A stretch of DNA of 64,000 bases, taken from contig OX597828.1 of the NCBI GenBank assembly GCA_951406725.2, positions 59,644,001 to 59,708,000 on the forward strand. Reading direction: 5' to 3'. The notes below the pieces were generated by a model. That model was not told the origin of the DNA, did not search any database, and saw only the letters and a program-made list of their open reading frames with translations. The position numbers and the translations under genes were made by a program. Shown here in pieces: positions 54,106 to 64,000 of this stretch (position 1 is the stretch's first letter; every line of letters begins with the position of its first letter). Source of the DNA: Octopus vulgaris. Its lineage: Eukaryota.

Positions 54106-55193
54106 TTCTGGGTGTGACATCTGCCTTGGCCGTCTATGGCAAGAGTGGAGATGCATATCGCTCACCCGACTTTCAAGATCTGCTTGGCAAGAGGTGAGAC
54201 GTGTGAATGAGTTGGCCGCTCTCAACGCTCAGCAAACAGTTAAACTTTGAGTGAATCATTACACTTGAAAGAATTTTTGACTTGAAATGAATAAAAATTG
54301 GCATTAGATGAGAAAATTAGTACTGAAATCTTAAGATAATCTTCCTTTGATTTGACAGGCGTACTAGGTTTTCGGCGACAGATACAACAAAAATATTTTC
54401 AACATTTTGATTGCGTTAACTTTGTGTTATGATTTTCTCTATAATTTCTCCTCAAAATTGTAATCCTAAAAGTTTAAAATTATGTCTTTTTACGTTAACA
54501 AAAATGAAGTTAAATTCAATGTTCCAAGTAATTTTTTTTATTTTTTATTTCAGCTTTGGAAACGTTGATGGAATGCGATTCGATTTGCACGTGAAAGCAG
54601 AAAAGATAAAATTCAAAAATACATCTTGAGTAAACTATTGACTTGTGAACCTCTCTCTCTCTCTTTCTCTCTTTCTCTATCTATCCTCTCTCCCTCTCTC
54701 AATCCCCCCTCACACGCTCTCTCTGCTGACTTTGCCCCAATATGTATATCCTACTCATTCTAGCTATGTCATCTTGACATTGGCTTTCTAAGGCTATATA
54801 TACTGTTTTCTATTGTGCTTTTCATAATCTTTAATGCCTTAACTGAGAAAGATATTGTGTAAGAGATGAATTCATTTGTCTCTTTTGCAAAATAATGTGT
54901 ATTAAATGAATTAAAATATATAAGTATTTGATTTGAATTCATTAATATATGGTAAATGATAATTTAAAAGCTAGCCGGTCCTTACTTGTAAAAGGGTCCT
55001 ATAGCAAGGATTTGGAGTGCATTATTCTAACGAAAACGAGTCACAAATTTCTAAAAGCGTGCATCGTGTCTTGGCATAAGGCAAAATCACGAAATCATCG
55101 TTAACCGGCTAGAGGAAATGTCTTCTGGAGCTTAAAAAATCGAAGTAAAGTCTATTCGAACAGACAGCCATGTGGAAGTGCTTACGAACATTG

Positions 55194-55225
<32 letters not shown>

Positions 55226-55229
<4 letters not shown>

Positions 55230-55594
55230 ATCCAAGCAAGAAAACACAGAAAAAAAGAGAAAAAAAGAGAAAAAAAACCCAGCAACGCAGGACGTGGAAC
55301 AATTAAAGTATTATTGACGCTCAGGAAAGAAGGGAAGGAGGGTTTAACGTTTCGAGCGGAGCTCTTCGTCGGAAACAAGGAGAAGGAAAGATCCCAAGGA
55401 GGGAAGACAGAGGAAGTGGAAGAATGGAGGTGGAAGAAGAAAGGTAAAGAAGGAAAAAGGAAAAATACAGGGAGATAAGTTCAGGAAAAGAGTTCAGGAG
55501 AAAGTTAAATAAGAGTCACGGACAGATTTTTTTGATTTCCAATCACGAGTTCAGTGGCGTACTCCGGAAGGATGGTAACAGTAATCCGTAGGTG

Positions 55595-55598
<4 letters not shown>
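55226..55598 (-). mobile_element. Penelope-type terminal repeat remnant in (TA)n
   Basis: Contains the hammerhead at 55342-55376 and is homologous to 23142-23290. Confidence 0.7.
55342..55376 (-). ncRNA. Minimal hammerhead motif, CCGACGA core
   Basis: Minus strand gttt-CCGACGA-a-gagc(tcc)gctc-GAA-ACGT-T-aaac; loopless palindromic stem III, GUU site. Confidence 0.72.
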
Positions 55599-55631
<33 letters not shown>

Positions 55632-55638
<7 letters not shown>

Positions 55639-55735
55639 GTCTGGGGAGAGTCATTTTCTTTTTGTGCCTTATAATATAACACACTCACCGGTAAAATTTC
55701 CACTTTTTTCTTATTTACATTTTCCTAAAATTTCT
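55632..55735. repeat. Dispersed repeat, second copy at 60559-60660
   Basis: tgttgtg.ctggggagagtcattttctttttgtgccttataat...acactcaccg is shared between the two. Confidence 0.85.
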
Positions 55736-55928
55736 GAAAGTTACTTCGCAAACAGTTATCTCCTTTGTGCAGATAACCCAGGCACAAGTATTTTCTGCGC
55801 CCAGTGGTCCCGTTATTCATTATGTGAAAACTTTTAAGAGTCTAAAACCATCGCTGAAACATAAGTAATATATGTTCCCAGTTTGGAGAAAAGCAGTTGA
55901 AAAATACGGCCGTCATAATATTTTACAC

Positions 55929-56016
<88 letters not shown>

Positions 56017-57176
56017 GGGATTTATATTACACACACACACAGAAGGGGATTTATATTACACATACACACACACACATACACATATACATATTCAGTAGAA
56101 AATAAGAACGATTCAATTAATCCATTTATTGATAATCCACCCGATACTGAAACTTCAGGTAAATTTACGCGACAATTCTATGTAAAGTACGGATTTTCAG
56201 GTAAAGAGGAAGTGCAATTGAATGTGAATCTTCTACACATATTGTCAAGTACCACGCGCAGAACTTTACTTCTCTATCTCGATCGTTTTCAAAGAGAAAA
56301 TTGATTACTTTTTGGAATGTGACAGCGTTTCAAAATGAGACAGCCATGTGATTTTGAAACACTTGTCTCACGCACAGAGACTTGAACTCTAACAATACAA
56401 TTCAAGTACCCTTTCATGCTTTTGAAGGCTCCGAGCATTTCTTGTGGAATTTCTGAATAGATTCTTCTGCTTCTAACGTATATAATTGCAATTTTTTTTT
56501 AATTTTTTATTTTTTGTATTTCTTTTGTGTTCACCTAATGACACATTTCATCCAAATATTTGGTAACAGACGTCTTCAAGTTTTTCTTATTTTTATCTTT
56601 ATTTTCATTTGACTTTCTTTTTTCACATTACTATGAGTACCATGAAGGCCACCTTCACTCTCTTATTATTGTCGTTGTTGATGCTATTATTTTATTATTA
56701 CATTTGTATTTGTGCTAGTGACAGCCGGAATCTGATAATTTGACTGGTGGAATGTAATATACATAATACATACAGAGAATTCAGAAAAATTCAACATGAC
56801 TTAATCGCATTCCAGATAAGACCTCGTAACCTGCATATAAGACCTGTTATACATTTATTTGGCTATCATGTGTTACCCTACAGACGGGTATATTCTAGGG
56901 CTAGATACACCTGTGAAACTCTTCTTTGCATAAGATTAATATAAGAATGATATAACACGTGGATGGAAGATACCAGGCTTTAATGGTAGACCATAGCTTT
57001 CGTTTCTGCATAGCACACCAGCATTAAGTTACTGAGTTTTATATTCATATACCATTATACATTGTGTCAATATTCTACATTGTGTCTATAGTATTATTGT
57101 GTCTATATTATTATATGTTTGAACGCCACGCATCCTCTTCCAAGTAAGTTTTGTCTATTTCTCTATCTATCTATCC

Positions 57177-57260
57177 GTATGTATGTATGTATGTATGTAT
57201 GTATGTATGTATGTATGTATGTATGTATGTATGTATGTATGTATGTATGTATGTATGTAT
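57177..57260. repeat. (ATGT)n microsatellite
   Basis: Directly visible. Confidence 0.95.
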
Positions 57261-58072
57261 GGTTGTATTATGCACGCATGAGTGGGGAAGAGAAAATGAG
57301 AGACAAAGGGGAGAACATACATATTCCAAATACAAAATTTTATTATGAAAATTTCCATGAATTTGTGTTGATACTGTTTTTAAAGTCTATCATTTTTGTG
57401 TCAATATTCACTTTCACACTTCTTAATAAATCTTTCTATAACAGCTTGGATGTTCAAATTCCGCTGAGGTCGGCTTTGCCTTTCGTCCTTTCGGGGTCGA
57501 TAACTTAAGTACGAGTTGTCTGCTGTGGCCAATCTAATCGACTGGTTCCCCTCCCCCAACATTTCGGACCTTGTGCCTACAGTACAAAAGAATAATAGCT
57601 TAGATGAAGTGAAGTGAATAATATATAATCGATTGTTTCGTTACTTGACTTCCAGAATTTTAAGAATTTCTGGTTATAATCGATATATATTTTAAGCAGA
57701 CAAGTGTCACATCAACATATAACAGAAGCAAATTTCATTTTACATTCTCAAATCAAATAAATAGTTAATGATACATTATGAAACATAATCTGCCAGCTGC
57801 TTCCATGTTTTTCTATAATTATATATTACGATATTTTGTATAATAGTCTGTCAAAATGAAGAGGCAGATTTAATAGAAAGCGAAGTGTTTCAATCATAAG
57901 AAAGTATATATACATATAGATAAATATATATAAATATGAATATGTATATATTTATATACATTTATATTTTTATATGCATACACACACACACATAACAAGG
58001 GTGGCTTGTTGGAAATTTTTCAACTGAAATGCAAAAAATATATACGCTTTAGTGACGTATATACATATACAT

Positions 58073-58143
<71 letters not shown>

Positions 58144-58159
58144 ATATATATATATATAT

Positions 58160-58205
<46 letters not shown>

Positions 58206-58269
58206 TTATATATATCACATTTTCTGTATCACATCTAAACTAAGCATGACTTAACTATACTCTCCCACC

Positions 58270-58321
58270 GTCTCCGATGAAGGGATATAATTAATAAATA
58301 TCATAGAAACAGCTGTAAGAC
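58270..58321 (+). ncRNA. Minimal hammerhead motif, CCGAUGA core, in a ~185-bp insert between TA-rich tracts
   Basis: gtct-CCGATGA-agg-gatat(aattaataa)atatc-ata-GAA-ACAGCTGT-A-agac; perfect palindromic stem III, GUA site (58317). Confidence 0.75.
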
Positions 58322-58412
58322 CTTCTATCTATAAATGCAATAATATCTAACACCCTTGTTTTTTCATCTCATTACGCAAATAAGTCTTATATATGTGTGT
58401 GTGTATGTGTGT

Positions 58413-58456
<44 letters not shown>

Positions 58457-58464
58457 TTATATAT

Positions 58465-58678
58465 GAAGTCGTAATCGCCTAGTGGTTAGGGCAGGGGACT
58501 TGCGGTTGTAGGATCGTGCTTTCGATTCCCAGACAGGGCGTTGTGAGTGTTTATTGAGCGAAAAGACTTAAAGCTCCACGAGGCTCTGGCAGCGGGTGGT
58601 GGCGAGCCCTGCTGTACTCTTTTGCCACAACTTTCTTCTGTTGGCCTGCTCGCTTAGCCAGCGGGGTGGTGTCATTTG

Positions 58679-58680
<2 letters not shown>
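58465..58680 (+). mobile_element. tRNA-derived SINE (family of 4820-5034)
   Basis: gcctagtggttagggcag...ttcgattcccagac...tttattgagcgaaaa...gctccacgaggctc. Confidence 0.78.
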
Positions 58681-58727
<47 letters not shown>

Positions 58728-59627
58728 GTACTGATCCGTGATAGAAAATTCAGCAAAAATAAGTACTCCATCTGGTGTCGTAATGCAATAGATAACCCAA
58801 GCAATGTTGCAATTTTCTTTTAAAGTGAGTATGATTCTGTTGTTTACATAGTTTGGATCAATGAGCCTACATTATTCGTTAGGGGAGATTTCAGCTAGCT
58901 CCTAGGTTACTATTCGTTTTCAAATAAATTTGAAATAATTAAATATTGTTAGCTGATCTTGTAATCCCCTCCAGTAATTAAAATATAACAATTATGAACA
59001 CAAATCAAAAAGATAATCCTATAGTTCTATCTTTTAATAGTCATTTCTAAATAATGAAACAATTATGATTAATACATAATTAATGATAATGAGGCAAAAT
59101 TTAAATCGTGTAGCTTATGCACCGTTTATTCGAGTTTCCTGTGTAATTACTGAACTGCAGTGTTACCTTTGTATAAGAAAACCTTTTTCATTATATCCAC
59201 AGTTGCATCAGTAATTAATATATTTTCAGACACCGTATGAATCTATGGTCAATAGTGTCCCAGCCGTCAATATCTCCTCTATCTTAGATACCGATGACTA
59301 TATAATAACTCATTTTTAGTTTGAGACGGTAAGATGTAATTTTGGAGAGGTTAGACAAATATTTCAAAATGGCTGAACCCCGGAGTAGAAGCTCTGCTAT
59401 AGCTTAAATGCAACCTGATTTCGCCACATGTAGGATAGTTTTCAAGGATGTCATCTTTTAATATCCTGATGTGTTTTGGAGAGTAGTGCAAATATGAAAG
59501 TACGGGTTAATGCAGTTTTATTATGACTAAAAGTTCTGAATTACCTGATTTGTTTTAGTGTTAAGTTAGCTGGACTAACAAGAATTATGTAATGAAACAA
59601 CCACATACGCTTAAATAATACAAACAC

Positions 59628-59753
<126 letters not shown>

Positions 59754-60751
59754 CCTTCTGACGGGAGTTTCGATCCATCCGTGACAGATAGTCAAGAATT
59801 CTTTAATTTAGCATTCGAACTGGTTTTACACTTTTGTACATACTGGAACGTGCTCATCTATTTCACCCGCTTTCATCAGTTGGTTTCGTTATTGCCTTCT
59901 CGGCATACAGTGGCATAGATCTTGTTTCTCGATTATTTGCATATTTTTACTATCGGCCAGATCAGTTGTTGATTTGTCTATGTTGATTGCATAATTACAT
60001 TATGCTTTACTAGAAACGTTTATTGATTATTGCTTATTAATTCATCTCTTCTGTAGATATTCTATAGTCGGCTATGTCAGTCTTATTTTGTATTCCATTC
60101 ATTTTGCAAAGGGTCTCTTTAAATACGATTTCATATACTCTGTGGCCTGTTCATGATTTATATCTCATATATCTAAATAGCTATTCTATTCAGTTGGTTA
60201 CATTCTACGTGATATATCGTCGATTTAGACATGTTTATACAGTCTTAACTGCTATTTCTATTGCTCGTGCGTCATAGAACGCTTACCCCGGTTGAAAATT
60301 TGTTTTCAGTTTGGATGAATTTTAAATATCAGTTTATATTTCGGTGTGCAGTATGACACCTTACCTCAGTTCTTTTGTTAAACCTGCATATGTATTACTA
60401 TATGCATGTCATTTTTTTGCAGTGCATACAGGGCATATCCTAGAACAATCTATAGAGGAGTGGCATATTCTATTATTTCTCTGTTTATAACTATATTTAC
60501 GTTTTTGGATTTGGTTTGCAAGATTCTTTATATGAGTTCATGTGTTGAAGCATATTCTGTTGTGCCTGGGGAGAGTCATTTTCTTTTTGTGCCTTATAAT
60601 GTAACACACTCACCGATAAGATTTCCACTTATTTCTTATTTTTATCTTCCTAAAATTTTCGTTGCGTCTTGCAACCTTTTCAATAGCCTTGAGTCAAGTA
60701 TTTTCCAATCAGTAATTTGATAATGTCGATTGACATCCACTTATATATCAA

Positions 60752-60900
60752 CTAGCAGTATCGCCCGGCGTTGCTCAGGTTTGTAAGGGAAATAACTATA
60801 AAGCATTTTTAGAAAGTTATAGCCAAAAAATAGCAAAAAAAATGATGGTAAATTTTTTTTGAGAGTTAAAAAAGGTGGAGTTGCGCCCCTAGACGGTCTA
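60752..60900 (-). mobile_element. Helitron-type 3' end fragment
   Basis: ctagcagtatcgcccggcgttgctc matches the terminus at 35810. Confidence 0.75.
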
Positions 60901-62439
60901 AAGTGTATTAATATTTCATTAGTATTTTTCACGCAATAAAATGTTTTAATTACAATTATATTTACTTATAGAAATGAAGATTGTTTTAGAGAAAATCATG
61001 TCATATGAAATATTCCGAAAAAGAAAAAAAAAGAAACAAATAAGATCCATTCAGTTCCTTTAAAGAAATATATTAATCTGTCAAGCGTTGATTCCATTTG
61101 ATGTTGCAGCTTTCTTTACGTTGGAAAGTTTCCTACGATGAAAGCTCTAAAATTCCTCACACTGCTATTGAACACGTAAGTGACCCTGTATTCATTTTAG
61201 TCAATTTGGATATTATTCTTATCAGTGCAGCTCTATCCTGTATTCAAGTCTTTTGAGTATGAATGCTCCTGAATGAAAGTATAGCTCTCATTATTTAGCT
61301 AATCATCGCCACTATGACGGGCACATTGCTAAGAAGTCGATAGAGAAAAATGTTTTTAAAGCAACGTTTGCACGTGCTTTTATTGAGGTCGTAGCTCATG
61401 TACAGAATCTTCAATTGTGTTGACCTCGGTTACGTAGTAATAATAATATGGTTCAAATTTGTTTTCTCTGTCTAGTATGATTTATACTATGCTTTCCATC
61501 TACAACACAAAGTTCAAAGCAAGAAAGGAAGAAAGGAAGAAAGGAAGAAAGAAAGAACAAATGAGCGAACGACGAAAGAAAGGAAGGAAGAATCAACACA
61601 GAAAGAAAGATATTTATGATTAAGAAAATTATCTTGTTAATTGAATTCCCGTAAAGTAATCTGTAAATTAAAATTAGTATCCAAAACCTCTCTAAAAGCG
61701 AGAAATTTGTAATGCCAAGTGCATTTTGTTTTCACATTTACCAATTTTTTTTTTAATTGAAAATATAAACTAATGTATTTCATGCATAAACCTACTGTAG
61801 TGAATCAAAGCTACTAAATAAACTTGCCCCCACATTTAATTGAATATATATCGGATAGCAATCATTAAATTCTGCTCTACATATATCTGTAACTATACGC
61901 ATGTCCGACTCGATAATTGGATGCATTAGTAAAGGATAAAAGCTAAGCTTCCTTTTAACCTTAACGAATGAATCGCTCAATCCTAAACATGACCAGAATA
62001 TGAAGGATTCATACATTAAGTGTAGGAACGAAATCTCTGATTCGACGATAATTACACAAATGAAAGATAGAAGTGTAACAGTAACGCGCTAAGTTAGTTA
62101 TCTGATTTTGCAAAAGAATAACTACAGCAAATGTATCGTTCCCTTACTAATTGGGTTTGACTGAACGCTAGTTAGATATTCTTCAAGTTGTTTCAAAGTT
62201 TTAAATCTATTTTTTCCTTTACACTATTAGATCGTTTTCGATCTCTATCAGGGCTGGATGCACAAATTGCAAGATAATCGGCTCTAAAAGTACAGTAGTG
62301 TTGGAAGTAAGATTGGTTTGCTTGATTCTGGGCCATTAGTTTTCTTTAGAAAATTGGTTATAGGCAAAAGCGAAATGTAAATTATCTAAGTGCTAAAACA
62401 TAAATACATACCGATGATATATACATATATATATACATA

Positions 62440-62521
<82 letters not shown>

Positions 62522-62630
62522 TAAATAAATGAATGGAGTCGAACGAAGATGTTAACAAAATTCCTATAGTCTCGACATATGTTTCGAAGACAACATGGTT
62601 TCATTCCAAAGGAATAAAGGGTGCAAGATG

Positions 62631-62687
<57 letters not shown>

Positions 62688-63090
62688 CATATTACATCAC
62701 TGTACATAAATCCCCTACTAAACAAGGTCCCTTTTTTAAACCTGTCTCCTTTCTGTACACATATTTATTCCCCACCCAAAACCTAAACAATTATCTCCCT
62801 TACACACAACAATAACAATAATAACAAACAATTACTTCCCTTTACTTGTCAACTTGTAAAATCATTCGCTCGTGAATTTCATTACAAACAACATGGACTA
62901 AATTTCTTCTTAAGAAAAAAAATATATTCATATAAATGAAACATTATATCATGAATAGTGATTGCGAAACCGGTCGATACATTAAAAATTATATTATAAC
63001 CATGTAAGTGTGCGTATTTTCTTTTTTTATTTTCTTACATACATTACAATCCACCACGTGGAGACAACCGAAATTCCTCTTTTCTGTTAC

Positions 63091-63144
<54 letters not shown>

Positions 63145-63209
63145 ATGTGTGTGTGTGTGTATGTGTGTGTGTGTTTGTATTTAAGTATGTATGTATGTAT
63201 GTAAATATA

Positions 63210-63800
63210 TACAAGGTGTTTCAAAAAATTTGACATCATTTGAGATGTAAATATCACAGAAACTACATAGTCAAAATAAATGAAAGTAAACAAGCTTAAT
63301 GTTGAGGAACATATGATTTATTCCTCCAAATTTGAATGAGAAATTTAAAGGTATGTGGATTCCATGAACGATTTCATAAATGGTCGATACGCGCACCCCT
63401 GAGAAACGGCACGCGTCAAGTCGGTAGTCCAGCACCTCCCGAACAGGCTGCAGCATTTCTTGGCTAACTGTCTCCGGTGCGGTAGTAATTCTCTGCTCGA
63501 GTTCTTCTAGATTTGCAGTAAAAGAGGAGACATAAACCAAGCCGTTCACATAACCCCATGTTGGTGCTTTCGGTTGTCATCTGCCGTTATGGTATGAACG
63601 AGCTGCAGCTTGTAGGGTTTCATTGGCAAACGTTTCCTCGGGACGCACCAAACAGTCGGTGGAGGAACCTGGGTTTCCAGACTTGTTCTGAGTATGGACT
63701 TCTTGGGGATTCGCATGAGCTTTTGCCGAACCAGCTCGACCGTTTCTTCCAATGTTAGTGGTCGTCCAGGTCCTTTTGCCTTGCTCAGATAGCCTTGAAT
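63210..63800 (-). mobile_element. Internally deleted Tc1/mariner-superfamily transposon remnant
   Basis: GRPLT.EETVELVRQ...PKKS..R.S.E..VP..TVW..RKRL.MKPYKLQLVH and VYV...NLEELEQRIT.A...RLDAC; TA-caaggtgtttcaaaaa terminus. Confidence 0.75.
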
Positions 63801-64000
63801 GTACGCATATATATGCATTTCTCCTTTTATGTGCATTTTCAGTTCTAAAAAACTGTACCCCGCTCCCAAACTCCATTATTTTCTTCGATTATACTGTTAT
63901 TTCTCTTTCTCTTTTTAATGCATTCTCTAATAAGAATATTGTACCACACCTACTAATAACTGATTCTGTTTTAAGTATGTACATGCATATATACACGCAT

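Overview
AT-rich metazoan non-coding DNA. The SINE, LINE and microsatellite repertoire looks cephalopod (Octopus-like), which is an inference. I found no host-gene exon I can support; almost all listed ORFs are microsatellite read-throughs or antisense frames of transposons. The window is a mosaic of (TA)n/(TAA)n/(CA)n microsatellites and mobile DNA. It holds three head-to-tail copies of a young CR1/L2-group LINE (one full length; ORF1 has a Myb/SANT-like N-terminus and two CCCH fingers), RTE and Dong/R4 LINE fragments, tRNA-derived SINEs, Tc1/mariner and hAT remnants, MITEs and Helitron-type elements. The most notable signal is a set of mostly short, non-coding elements, most in or beside (TA)n tracts, several with Penelope-like fold-back or partial-tandem architecture. 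About six families carry minimal type-I hammerhead ribozymes: 11 motifs at 9 loci, most with a non-canonical CCGANGA core. One of these is a 353-bp retrozyme-like unit and another is a >4.6-kb fold-back element. Four further elements lack a hammerhead but share an unnamed structured motif near their fold-back or terminus (GGTT..YTGR..YTA-TWTY-TAG followed by a sequence-variable hairpin); this is a candidate new RNA or cis element.
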